DNA of 64,000 nt from Stegostoma tigrinum (lineage: Eukaryota). The stretch covers positions 5,684,497-5,748,496 of the forward strand of contig NC_081387.1 in NCBI RefSeq assembly GCF_030684315.1, read 5' to 3'. A model generated the notes under the pieces. The model did not search any database. It was not told where the DNA came from and saw nothing but the letters and a program-made list of their open reading frames with translations. Below are positions 49,501-62,019 of the stretch, piece by piece (the stretch's first letter is position 1; every line of letters starts with the position of its first letter). The position numbers and the translations under genes are program-made.

Positions 49501-51100
49501 AAAACTGCAAGAACTGTGGATGCTGTAAATCAGGAACAAAGGTGCTGGAAAAGCTCAGCGGCTCTGGCAGCATCTGTGATGGAAAAGACAGAGTTAACGT
49601 TTCGGGTCCAGTGACCCTTCCTCAGAACTGATGGTGGCTGGGAAAACATCAGTTTATTTGCAGAAAATAGGGAGGTGGGTAGGGCAGGGAGTAAGTGATA
49701 AGATAGAGCCCAAAGAGAGAGAAAGACAGTTGGATAAAGGAGTTGCCAAGGAATTAGGCTGGGCGTGTGAATAGTTGTTAATGGAGACTGTTAGTGACCA
49801 ACAACAGGGGGTGTGTAATGGCAGGCTGAGGTTACAAGGCCTGGTATGTGGGGTGGGGGCGCTGGGACATGGTAGAGTTTAGGCCCTAAAATTATTGAAG
49901 TCAATATTGAGTCCGGAGAGCTGTGGGGTCCCCAAGCGGAAAATGAGATGTTGTTCCTCCAGCTTGCGTTGGGCTTGGCTGGAGCACTTCAGCAAGCTAA
50001 AGACAGAGATGTTGGCCAGGGAGCAGGGTGGTGCATTAAAGTGGCAGGCAACAGGTAGTTCAGGGTCTTCTTTGTGAGCAGAACATAGATGTTCTGCGAA
50101 GCGGTCACCAACTCTATGCTTTGTTTCCCCAATGTAGGTGAGACCACATTGTGAGCAGTGAATGCAGTAGACTGGTTTCTGGGAAGCGCAGGTGAAGTGT
50201 TGCATCACCTGGAAGGTATGTTTGGGCCCTCAGACACTGGGGAGGGAGGAGATAAATGGGCAGGTGTTTCACCTTTGCTGGTTACAGGGGAAGGTGCGGT
50301 AGGGCTGTGGGGATGTGTTGGGCATGAAGGAGGTGTGGACCAGGGAGTCCCGGAGGGAACAGTCCCAGTGGAAGGTGGACAAGGGAGGGGAGGGGAATAT
50401 GTGTCTGGTGGTTGCATCTCATTGGAGATGGCAGAAATGGCATCTGATGATCTTCTGGGTGTGGATGCTGATGGGATGGTAGGTGAGGATAAGGGGAACC
50501 CTTTCACTGTTGTGGGACAGAAGATAAGGGGTGAGGGCAGAAGTGCAGGAGATGGGTCGGACCTGATTGAGGGCCCTGTCGAAAATGGAGCTGGAGAATC
50601 GTCGGCTGAGGAAGAAGGTGGACATTTTGGAGACTCTCTTGTAAAAGTTGGCCGCATCTGAACATATACGACAGAGACAGAGGAACTGAAAGGATGGGGT
50701 GGAGTCTTTACAGGAAGTGGGGTGTGAAGATGTATAATCCAGACAGCTGTGGGAGTCAGAGCGTTTATAGTGGATTTTGGTAGCCAATTTAACCCCGGAA
50801 ATGAAAATAGAAATGTTGAGGAAGGGGAGGAGCCAGAGATAGGCCAGGTAAACGTGATGGAAGGTTGGAAATTGGTGGCGAAATTGATGAAGTTTTTCAA
50901 TTCCAGACGAGAAAAGGAAGCAGCACTGATGATATCATCGATGTATCGGAGAAAGAATTGTGGGTGGGGCCGGAATAAGACTGGAACAAGGAATGTTCCA
51001 TGTACCTCATGAAGAGACAGGCGTAATTAGGGCCCATGCGGCTACCCGTGGGCACCCCTCTTACCTGAAGAAAATGAGAGGAGTTGAAAGACCTGGGTTT
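49501..51100 (-). mobile_element. Penelope-like element (RT, GIY-YIG and 3' end), 5' truncated
   Basis: MGPNYACLFM, FLRYIDD, VYCIHCSQCGLTYIGETKHRVGDRFAEH. Confidence 0.9.
49592..49629 (-). ncRNA. Minimal type I hammerhead ribozyme motif (intact)
   Basis: AGTT-CTGAGGA-A-GGGTC-ACTG-GACCC-GAA-ACGT-T-AACT: core boxes, 5-bp stem II, palindromic ACGT stem III, GUU triplet, 4-bp stem I. Confidence 0.75.
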
Positions 51101-51109
51101 GATATCATC

Positions 51110-51365
51110 ATTTGGTGACTGTGCGGAGATTGCATAATCTCCCATTGGCTGAGTGGGTTTCCTTTGGGTGCTCCGGTTTCCCTCCACAGTCCAAAGATAT
51201 GCAGGCTAGGTGGATTAACCATACTAAATTGCCGATAGTGTCCAGGGATGTGCAGGACAGTAGGGTTAATCATGGGAATGTAAGGCTACAGGGACAGGAT
51301 GGGTCCAGGTGAGATGGTCTTTGGAGGGTCAGTGTGGACTGCTTCCTCACTGTAGGTATTCTGTT
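51110..51365 (+). mobile_element. HE1-type V-SINE, 5' truncated
   Basis: GGGTGCTCCGGTTTCCCTCCACAGTCCAAAGATATGCAGG V-domain. Confidence 0.8.
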
Positions 51366-51879
51366 TCTAACTATATCAGATGAGGGATATGTTGTGTGCT
51401 CTAGTCTTTGTAGTAGCGCTTAAATACCAAATCTGTTATTTCAGAGGCATGGATTAAAAAGGATTTCAAAAGCATTCCAGATTCTGATTTTTAGCCTCCT
51501 GGCTGATTAATTATCAATGGAAGTTAATCCAGATTCCGACACACACGGAGCATTCAGTTTATATCTCATGCAAGAAAAAGCAACAGTATAATGGCCCTAT
51601 TTTGCCCACCAGAAGGGACTCAACTGCTGTGGGCAAATGGTAATTTCCTCTTGGAGCATAGCAACACTTAAAGTTGGGTAAAAACATCTCAGAAAATGAC
51701 AGGTGCTCTTCAGATCTGTAGTCCTGAACTTAGGTGGTGTTGGAGTCTGCCATCTGGTGGTGAAAGGAGATTGAGTGGGGGAGAAAAAACCAAACAGCGC
51801 GCAATTCATTTATTTCTAAAGGACCTGCAATTTGTACAGTACTTTTTGTGGCTTCAGGACAAAGCACATGAGAACAATT

Positions 51880-52170
51880 GACAAATGTTTTGAAGTATAG
51901 TCAGCTTTGTAATGTAGAATACTCCACAGGCAATTTATTAAGCACATAAACTCCCAACCACACTAATGTGATAACAACCAATTATCTATTTCATTAGTGA
52001 TGACGGCTGAGGGATGAAGACTGGTTCAGGCTCTCCTTCTCCAGATAGTGTTGTGGGAACTTTTACATCCACCTGGTAGAACAGACAGGGCCTCAGTTTA
52101 AACCATATTCAACTGAAAGACAGTGCCTGTGACAGTGAAGGACTTCTCCTAGTACAGTTCTGCCTTGGAA
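51880..52170 (-). mobile_element. Deu-domain SINE, degraded
   Basis: Minus strand TTTAAACTGAGGCCCTGTCTG and GGGAGTTTATGTGCTTAATAAATTGCCTG...CTACATTACAA, matching 10555-10960. Confidence 0.55.
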
Positions 52171-52355
52171 ATACGAAAAAAGGGTTGAAAGAAGTGTCCC
52201 TGGACTCAGAACATTAACTCTGCTTTGTCCTCATAGATGCTGCTGGACCTGCTGATTTTTACAACAATTTCTGTTTCTGTGTGGATTTCATGGTGTGGTT
52301 CAAGAGCATAGTATCCAGTGTGGGGGTTAATGGAATGGGTCGAGTACAGACAGGA

Positions 52356-52675
52356 TGTGACTCCCTCCCCTCACTCTCCTCCTGTCAGTGTGAGTCCCTC
52401 CCCTCATTCTCCTCCTGTCAGTGTGACTCCCTCCCCTCACTCTCCTCCTGTCAGTGTGAATCTGTCTCCTCACTCTCCTTCTGCCAGTGTGACTCCCTCC
52501 CCTCACTCTCCTCCTGTCAGTGTGAATCTGTCTCCTCACTCTCCTTCTGCCAGTATCGTTCTATCCTCTCACTCTCCTCCCATTAATGTATCTCCTTCCT
52601 CTTACTTCATGTCAGTGTGACTCCCTCCCCTCACTCTCCTATTGTTAGTGTTACTCCCCTCTCTCACTCTCCTCA
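52356..52675. repeat. 33-bp minisatellite, about 9.5 copies
   Basis: Unit GTCAGTGTGACTCCCTCCCCTCACTCTCCTCCT with alternating variants. Confidence 0.9.
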
Positions 52676-53554
52676 TTTTACTGTGGTTTGTTAGGTGAAC
52701 ATCCTTGATGAATTTATGCAGTGCATCTTGCAAATGGTACACATTGCTGGTGGTGCAGTGAGTAGGTGTTGAAGGTGGTGGATGTGGCGTAAATCGAGTG
52801 GGCTGCTTTGTCCTGGTTGGTGTCAAGCTTCTGGAGAGCTGCAGCTGCACTTACCCAAGCAAGTGGGTTGTATTCCAACCCACTCCTGACTTTGGTGAGT
52901 CAAGTACAGGCTTTGGTGAGTCAAGACGTGAGTTAGTCAGTGCAGTATTCCGAGCCTCTGACCTGCTGTGGCAACCACTGTATTTATGTGGCAAATCCAT
53001 TTCCGTTTTTGGTCATTGGTAAGCCCAGATGATGATAGTGGGAGATTCAACTTCATATCAAGAGGCGATGGTTAGATTCCGTCCAAAACAATTAGGAATT
53101 GGTAGTAATTGTGGTCCTAGTCAGCAATATCCACATCCCATGGAATGATGTTGATTTTTGAATAATATTAATTTTCATAAGAATTTCAATTGGAAGGACA
53201 AAACTGATTCATCATTCCTTGTTGACAGTCTTCTAAATATTCAGGGCAGGAGAAAAATAATCCATTTTTAACCTAGCCCAGGCTCATCTGTGATGCTGTC
53301 ATGGTTGAATATGTCAGCTTATCTCATTAATGTCCTCCTACCGTGTGCAAAGGGATGATTGCAAAGTCCAGTGAAGTGATAATCTTGCTCCAGATTGTCT
53401 ATCTCCCTGTTTATACTGTCAGCCAAGATTCTGATGGTGTGATAAAGTGGCCGATTATTGGAGATTGTCAATGTATGGATGGGGCTCACTTAGATCAGAT
53501 GGTAGTGTGTGCGAATGGTTATTAACCTGACCCTTTCTTTGTTTTATTTTACAG

Positions 53555-53780
53555 ACACTAATGCACTCACTATGGTATACACGGCAGTCTCTGGCATTGA
53601 AGGTTTTCCTGCCTTCAGTAGTGTTGGAATGATCAGTGGATTATTATGACCATCATAAATATCCGTCAGATGATCCCTAAGCCACAATTCATAGCAGAAT
53701 TTTCAGTGAGGAATTCTCAAAAATGCGCAGGGCTATAGGCCAATCATGAACGGACCTTGGGAACATGAACCAGATGAGCG
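53555..53780 (+). pseudogene. Orphan MHC class I alpha1 exon (paralogue of 44187-44447), frameshifted
   Basis: TTTTATTTTACAG|AC; (D)TNALTMVYTAVSGIEGFPAFSSVGMISG / YYD / NIRQMIPKPQFIAE / FSEEF... / NQMS aligns with DTKTHTMIYTIVSGIKDFLEVTSVAMVNG...YHD..IRRCIPRQQFM...NQTS. Confidence 0.8.
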
Positions 53781-53959
53781 TTGCACTATCTGTCATTGAC
53801 TGTCCTGGTTGCTGAGTGCCGGACAGGTACCCAGTCATTGTTCTACAGCAGATTGTGATCCTTGACAAATGGTGTGATACACATCTTGAGTTAGGATCAC
53901 AGGGAGCATTATTCTATTACTTCTCTCTATCCTGAACAAGATATTGATAAAGTTGTGTC

Positions 53960-54975
53960 ATAGAATATAGAACAGTGCAGTCTTTTGGCTCACCATATCT
54001 GCACCAACCATGATTCTATTTTGCAAGTAAACCCATCTATCTGCATGTGGTCTGTATCCCTCTATTCTCTGCCTGTTTCTTTGTATGTCTAAATGCCTCT
54101 AAGCATTGTTATGGTATTTGCTTCTGCCAGCTCCCCTGGAAACATGTTCCAGGCACCTGTCATGATGTGTGTAAAAAAATTTCTTTGCACATCTTGTTTA
54201 AACTTTTCCCTTCTCACCTTAAACCGATGACCCCTAGTATTTGATATTACTACCCTGGGAATTTGACTCCGACTATCCACCTCATCAATGCCTCTCATAA
54301 TTTTATATATTTTGAATGTCACCCCTCAGCCTCCAATGTTCTGTTGAAAACAGTCTAGATTTATCAACCTCTCCTTACAGCTTTTGAATAGCCACAGAGT
54401 TTTAGGGCACAAACAAAGGCCCTTTGGCTCATCTGCTTCAATCCAAGCAACATGCCAGTAAACCTCTTTTGAACCCTCTCCAAAGCTTCCACATCCTTCG
54501 TATAATGTCAGGAGCAGAGCTTCACACAGTATTCCAAATGAGACCTAACTAAAGTTTTATACAACTGCAAAATGACTTGTCAACTTTTATACTTTATGCC
54601 TTAACTGATGAAGGCAAGCATACTGTACACCTTGTTTATCACTTTATTCACTCATCTATTCTTTTCCAAAGTAAATCCTGTCCCTAAGAATCTTCTCCAG
54701 TAATTTCCCTACCACTGATGTAAGGTTGTATGGCCCATGATTTCCTGGATTATACCCATTGCCTATCTGAAACAATGGAACAACATTGGCTATTCACTAG
54801 TCTCTGGGACCTTACTTGTGACTAAAGAGGGCACAAAGATCTCATTCAAGACCCCAGCAATCTCCTCCCTTGCCTCCCTCAGTATCCTGGGATAGCTCCC
54901 ATCAGGCCCTGAGGACTTGTCTACCTAATGTCTTTCAAGACGCCCAACATCTCCTCCTTCTTAACATTGACATGC
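53960..54975 (-). mobile_element. CR1 LINE fragment
   Basis: FKIYKIMRGIDEVD...NTRGHRFKVR...NFFT. Confidence 0.8.
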
Positions 54976-54976
54976 A

Positions 54977-56918
54977 TGGGAAGAGGTTAGTAGTTAGGAA
55001 ATGGGGGTGCGGCTTGAGGTGGGAGGAGGGGATAGGTGAGAGGAAGAACAGGTTAGGGAGGTGGGGATGAGCTGGGTTGGTTTTGGGATGTAGTAGGGGG
55101 AGGGGAGATTTTGAAGCTTGTGAAACCCACATTGATACCATTGGGCTGCAGGGTTCCCAAGGGGAATATGAGTTGCTGTTCCTGCAACCTTCGGGTGGTA
55201 TCATTGTGGCACTGCAGAAGGCCCAGCATGGACATGTCGTCTAAGGAATGGGAGGGGGAGTTGAAATGGTTCGCGACTGGGAGGTGCAGTTGTTTATTGG
55301 GAGTGGCCATGGGTACCCGCATGGGCCCAAGCTATGCCTATCTCTTTGTAGAACAATCCCTCTTCTTTACTTACACTGTCCTAAACCCCACCTTTTCCTC
55401 CGTTGAATTGATGACTGTATTGGCGCCGCCTCCTGCTCCCACGAGGAGGTCTAACAGTTCATCCCCTTCACCAACACCTTCCACCCCAAACTTGAGTTCA
55501 CCTGGACCATCTCTAATACCTCTCTCACCTTCCTGGACCTCTCAGTCTCCATTTCGGGCAACCACCTAGAAACCGATATCCATTTCAAGCCCACCGACTC
55601 CCACAGCTACCTAGAATACACCTCCTCCCACCCACCTTCCAGCAAAAATGCCATCCCCTATTCCCAATTCCTTCACCTCTGCCACAGCTGCTCCCAGGAT
55701 GAGGCATTACACTCCCGTACATCTCAGATGTCCTAGTTTTTCAAGGACTGCTACGTCCCCTCCGCAGTGACTGAGAACGCCCTCGACTGTGTCGCCTGCA
55801 TTTCCCGCAACTCATCCCTCACACCCTGTCCCTGCAATCACAACAAAAAAAGAATCCCCCTCGTCCTCACGTACCACCCAACCAACCTCTGGCTCCAAAG
55901 CATCATCCTCCAACACTTCTGCCATCTACAATCCGACCTCACCACCAAAGACAATTTTCCCTCCCCACCCTTGTTTGCTTTTTGGAGGGACCACTCTCTC
56001 CGTAACTACCTTGTCTGCTCCGCACTCCCCTCCAACCCCACCACATCTGGCACTTTTCCCTGCAACCGCAGGAAGTGCTACATCTGCCCCCACACCTCCT
56101 CCTTCACCCCCATCCCAGGCCCCAAGACAACTTTCCATATTAAGCAGAGGTTCAAGTGCACATCTGCCAATGTGGGATACTGCATCCGCTGTACCCGTTG
56201 TGGCCTCCTCTACATCAGGGAAACCAAGCGGAGGCTTGGGGACCGCTTTGCAGAACACCTATGCTCGGTTCGCAATAAACAACTGCACCTCCCAGTCACA
56301 AACCATTTCAACGCCCCTCCCATTCCTCAGACGACATGTCCATCATAGGCCTCCTGGAGTGCCACAACAATGCCATCTGAAGGTTGCAGGAACAGCAACT
56401 CATATTCAGCTTGGGACCCCTGCAGCTCAATGGCAAAAATATGGATGTCACAAGCTTCAAAATCTCCCCTCCCCCTATCGCATCCCAAAACCAGCCCAGC
56501 TCATCCCCGCCTCCCTAACCTGTTCTTCCTTTCACCTCTCCCTAACTCCCACCTCAAGCTGGACCCCCATTACCTTCCTACTAACCTCATCCCTCCCCCT
56601 TGACCTGTCCGTCCTCCCTGGACTAACCTATCTCCTCCCTACCTCCCCATCTACACTTACCTTTACTGGCTCCATTCCCTGCCTCTTTGACTTGTCTGTC
56701 TCCTTTCCACTTATCTTCTCCTCTATCCATCTTCTATCCGCTTCTTCCCTCTCCCTATTTATTTCAGAACCCTCTTCCCCTCCCCCATTTCTGATGAAGG
56801 GTCTAGGCCTGAAACGTCAGCCTTCCTGCTCCTATGATGCTGCTTGGCTTGCAGTGTTCATCCAGCTCTACACCTTGTTATCTCAGATTCTCCAGCATTT
56901 GTAGTTCCTATTATCTCT
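54977..56918 (+). mobile_element. Penelope-like element with an inverted 3' copy (- arm 54977-55300; + arm 55300-56918)
   Basis: GVAMGTRMGPSYA, R*IDD, GYCIRCTRCGLLYIRETKRRLGDRFAEH; the left arm is a reverse copy of the GIY-YIG end. Confidence 0.9.
56788..56821 (+). ncRNA. Minimal hammerhead ribozyme motif in the PLE 3' region
   Basis: CTGATGA-A-GGGTCTAGGCCT-GAA-ACGT-C (56791-56818), GUC triplet; weak stem I. Confidence 0.6.
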
Positions 56919-58239
56919 GCAAATAAGGTAATATTTATTATTCATCCTTGACTATTCAAATGAGATGGTTTTCTGGACCATTAAGAATGTAGATCAGGAG
57001 TCATATTTTCATTAGTTGGGCGGGGATGGCCATTTCTTTCCCTAAAGGATAAGTTTTTACAACAGTTAATGACAGTTGCTGTGGTCACCATTACTGAGAT
57101 TAGCTTTCTAATCTCTACTTACTAATGGAGTTTAAATTTCACCAGCTGCTTTGTATAGGTTTGAACTTCTGTCCCTGAATGTTAACCTAAACCTTAGGAT
57201 TACATATCTCAGGACATTACCACATTACCACAACCTGAGCCGGGGACAGGTTTGTGATCAAACGATTAAGAATCAGGTGAGATGGTTGTGATCCTGCTGG
57301 AATGGGCAGTTGTTGGGGAATTCTAACATGTCACTGGGTCTCAGTGTTTATTCATAGATAAGATGGGGGGGAGATCAGTTTTCTCCTGTATTACAGAACG
57401 GACAATATGAATTGAGGATGCAGTGTGAAAGGAGAATGTGTATTTCTAGAGTAAATGCCTCAGAGTTAAGGAAGTGGAGATGATTCAGGACAGATCATAG
57501 GGCTGAAGCTTCCCATTTTTAAGCTAAGTATAGATTTCAGGGAGTTTGGTGATGAATTTTCCAGCATGATCGATGGTGACTTGTGTCACATGATTCTATG
57601 CTCTGCTGTTCATTAATGTTTGATGCCGTTTTCTCCAATGCTCAATACCAGAGATAATTACCACTACACAGAGGCCTTGAGCTACTTTAGGTGCTCTGTC
57701 ATCTTTAACACCCAGTAGCCACACCACTTCAAATGCTACAAGCCTGAGATTGTCCTCTCACTCTTCTGATCCAATGTTATCCAAGAGGATGTGGCCCAGC
57801 AAGGTGAAGCTACATTGACAGGAACTTGGAGTTGCTGGGGGACCAGGTGGTGGAGAGGAGGGCAGTGCTGTATCATGCTGACTGGTAAAGGAGGGCATAC
57901 CATCAAACCAAGCGAGCCTGAATTAATATAATCCCCCAAGTCAGTGCTACACTGTGCAATTATATAAAGGCACAGCAGTGCTAGAAGAAGGTGAATGAGA
58001 TTTTTCACTCTGCAAGTGCAAGTGCTCCCACCTTCTCTCTACTTCCTCATTCTCATTCTCACTCTTCCACTGCAGAGACATTGATGAGAGATTGGGTTTT
58101 CAATGTTCGCCTTTGAGGGAATGTCTTATTTAAGGGGAGGTCTATTTCTAAGTTAAAAATTGTTTCTGTTCCATTGGACTCAATTGTATTATTTTCAAAT
58201 TGGCCTGGGATCATTTCAAATCGTACAAAATAATTGGCT

Positions 58240-58620
58240 GACCTTAGGGAGGTTTATAAAATCATGAGCAATGTAGATAGGGTTAATGACTGATGTCTTT
58301 TCACTAGAATGGGGGATTACAAGCCTAGAGGGCACATATTTAAGGTGAGAGGAGAAAAATTAAAAAATGACATGAAGGGCAAATATTTTAGGCACAGGGT
58401 GGTTCGTGTCTGGAAAAAACTTCCTGAGGAAGTGGTGGATGCGGGCAGTTAGAATGCTTAGAAAACAATCTAAATACATGAACAGGAAAGGTTTGGGGGC
58501 ATATGGGCCAAGAGCTAGAGATGCAGGAGCAGGCGGGGCAAGCTTAGTTTGGGATTATGTTTGGTGTGGACTGGTTGGACTGCAGGCTCTGTTTCCGTGC
58601 TGAATGACTTTATAACTCTA
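58240..58620 (+). mobile_element. CR1 LINE 3' end
   Basis: GAGGTTTATAAAATCATGAG...CTAGAGGGCACATATTTAAGGTGAGAGG. Confidence 0.75.
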
Positions 58621-59254
58621 AGTAACATTCAAACATTATAACAGTTTACAAAGTAAAAAAACTGCTCATTAAGACAAATTACCTGAAAGGTTTGGATCTG
58701 AGTGAATGAATTTGACATTGTTCAGCAATATCTACCACAAATGTTCTGTAAAGTCGATTTGCTGCTGAATTAAAATGTCCCTTGTTTCCCTCTCCCTCTC
58801 CGCTGCTCTTCTCTCTGATTTCTTAGGGGTGAGAAAGGTATTTTCTCTCTCTTAATGTCCAAATCCATTGACCTCCAGCTGCTCTTGAGCCACTTTTACA
58901 GCTGTAGTTGTGCTTTCCTCAGGTGCTCCATGACGCTTGGCTCCAGTCACATCCATATTGGGATCCTCCATTTCATCAATTTCTGGCACCATCTAGTCTG
59001 TGGACTGAAGGGTCAGTGCTTCCTGCAGGGGAACATTGTATAATGTGCACCAGACCTACACTATCCTTGAGACGTCAACCAGAAAGAATTGTAGAGTGAT
59101 GCCTAACCTGTTCACGTTCTGGGAATGTGATTTTAACAATTCGATCACAGGGGGATGGGTCTGGGTGGGATGTTCCAAGGGGTGGTGTGGACTTGTTGGA
59201 CCAAAGGGCCTGTTTCCACACCGTAGGGAGTCTAATCTAATCTTATGTAAGGTT

Positions 59255-61205
59255 TAAGAAACAAGGAACGGAAAAGGCTCTAGGGGTATATAAGTCATCC
59301 AGGAAGAACCTGAAGAAAGAGCTTAGGAGAGCAATAAGGGGGCAGGAAAAAGCCTTGGCAGATATGATCAAGGAAAACTCCAAGGCTTTTTACACGTACG
59401 TGAGGAATAAGAGAATGTCCAGAGAAAGGGTAGGGCCGATCAAAGATTGTAAAGGGAATTTGTGCACGGAGCCTAAAGAGGTAGGAGAGGTCATTAATGA
59501 ATACTTTTCTTCAGTATTCACAACAGATAAGGACCTAGTTGTAGAGGAGGACAGTGTGAAACAGACTCGTAGGCTAGAGGAGATCACTGTTAGTAAGGAA
59601 GATGTGCTAGGAATTTTGAAGAAGTTGAAGATAGATAAGCACCCCGGGCCTAATGGGATTTATCCAAGGATTCTATGGGAAGCGAGGGAAGAGATCGCAG
59701 GGCCTTTGGCTATGATCTTTTTGTCCTCATTGTCCACGGGTATAATGCTGGAAGATTGGAGAGAGGCAAATGTCATTCCCTTGTTCAAAAAAGGGAATAG
59801 GGATAACCCCGGAAATTACAGGCCAGTTAGTCTTACATCAGTGGTGGGCAAATTATTAGAAAGGGCTCTGAAAGATAGGATTTATGATCACTTGGAAAGC
59901 ACAGTTTGATTTGTGACAGTCAGCAAGGATTTGTGAGGAGTAGATCATGCCTCACAAACCTTATTGAATTCTTTGAAGAGGTGACCCAACATGTGGATGA
60001 AGGAACAGCAGTGGATGTGGTATACATGGACTTAAGTAAGGCTATTGATAAGGTCCCCCATGGTAGGCTGATGCAGAAGGTAAGGAGGCATGGGATAGAG
60101 GAAAACGTGGCAGATTGGATTCAGAATTGGCTGACCCTTAGAGGACAAAGGGTGGTAGTGGATGGAAAATATTCAATATGGTGCTCAGTTACGAGTGGTA
60201 TACCATAAGGATCTGCCCTGGGTCTTCTTCTATTTGTGGCTTTTGTAAATGATTTGGATGAAGGAGTGGAAGGGTGGATTAGCAAGTTTGTGGACGGTGC
60301 GAAGGTGGGTTGCATTGTGGATTGGGCAGAGGCTGTTCTAGGTTACAAAGGGACATTGATTGAATGCAGAGCTGGGTTGAGAAGTAGCAGATGGAGTTTA
60401 ACCCTGAAAAGTCTGGGGTGATTCATTTTGGAAGGACAAACTTGAAAGCAGAATACAGAGTTAATGGAAAGATTCTTGGCAGTGTGGAGGAGCAGAGGGA
60501 TCTTGGGGTTCGTGTTCACAGTTCCCTGAAAGCTGCCACCCAGATGGATAGAGTTGTTAAGAAGGCGTATGGTGTGTTAGTTTTCATTAATAGATGGATC
60601 GAGTTCAAGAGCCATGAAGTTATGCTCCAGCTCTCCAAAACCCTGGTTCGGCCACACCTAAAGTATTGTGTCCAGTTCTAGTTGCCTCATTGCAGGAAAG
60701 GTGTGGAAGCATTGGAAAAGGTGCAGAGGAGATTTACCAGGATGTTGCCTGGAATGGAGGGAAGGTCTTACAAGGAAAGGTTGAGAGAGCTAGGGCTTTT
60801 CTCTTTAGAACAATGAAGGATGAGAGGTAACTTGATAGAGGCATGCAAAATGATCAGAGGTCCTTTGGACGGTACAGTCAGAGATTTTTTCCTAGGGTGG
60901 AGGTAGCTATTACATGGGGGCATAGTTTTAAAGTGAGTGGAGGTAGATACAGGGGAGACGTCAGAGGTAGGTTCTTTACTCAGAGAGTGGTAGGGGCGTG
61001 GTATGCATTGCCAGAGAGGGTAGTGGAGTTGGCCTCATTAGGGGCATTTAACCGGCTATTTGATAGGCATGTGGATGACAGTATAACGTAGCAGTGGAGG
61101 TTAGATTGACCTTGGGTTTCGGGTAAAAGTTTGGCACAACATCGTGGGCTAAAGGGCCTGTAATGTTCTGTACTGCTCTAAGTTCTTTCTATGTTCTACA
61201 TTCTA
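59255..61205 (+). mobile_element. Relatively well preserved CR1 LINE ORF2 (RT) and 3' end
   Basis: NVIPLFKKG...NYRPVSLTSVVGK, QQGFVRSRSCLTNLIEFFE, SKFVDG; few frameshifts; TTCTATG tail. Confidence 0.92.
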
Positions 61206-62019
61206 TGTTCTATACCCCTTATCATTATATAAACCAGTGTAAGGTCACCCCCCTCTACATCTGATACTCCATGGAAAAATACCTATTCAGTCTTTCCTTG
61301 TAGCTCAAACTCTGGCAACATCCTTTCACTGACTGATTTACTGATCACTGTCTCACATTAATCATTTACTGCACATCTCCCCCAGTTTTAATCCTCAAAG
61401 CATTATTTATCCATTTCAATTCCTACCATCTACTTCACTCTCTATTCTAAATCCACAGATTGTTTCTCTTTGGTGGTTTCACTGTTGGTCTTGATCTTGT
61501 TCTTCACTTTGTTGGTCAAGGATACTGGTCAACTCTTCGTCCTTGGTCTCTGTTGGATTTTTTTGAGGAACTGAGGATGGATTTTCTGAGGGGTGGCTCA
61601 TTATTTCCAACATGAAAGAGCTCTACATTTCTGACAGGGGATTCTGATCAGGGATCCTTTAGAAATGTGGAACTTTATTTCCCTTCTGACAGGATCCTTG
61701 CGGTCCAACTGCCAGGGGTTGGGGTGTGGTCATGGGGAGGTAGAATAAACAGCTACACTTCTTTTTTCAGCAGTCACCTGCTATACGCTGAAATTTAAAG
61801 ATGCAGAATCACTGAGAGCCATTTTGACAGCTGATGTCAAAAGTGAAGTAGGTAAGTTCATTGTGAGGTTTGGGAGACTAAAGGATATGGTGCCAGATGG
61901 GTATGACGCCAGGCAAGTAAAAGATAGGGTGTCTGGTGGGCATTGTGCCAGGTGAGTCTATAGAGAGTCCACCCAAACCAAATGGACAGCAGCACTTCAA
62001 AGAGGGAGCTTCTGCTTTC

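Noticed and set aside
52356-52675. CRISPR-like array
   Set aside because: Units are head-to-tail with no unique spacers, there are no cas genes, and the context is vertebrate.
55789-56904. 371-aa Pro/Ser/Thr-rich ORF (also 37985-38803, 50205-50900 and 37274-37801)
   Set aside because: Alternative frames of C-rich Penelope sequence; the true RT/GIY-YIG frame is broken.
57399-57412. Terminal exon of the second class I gene (TATTACAG|AACGGACAATATGA)
   Set aside because: Only an acceptor-like motif; no intervening alpha2, alpha3 or TM exons were found to support it.
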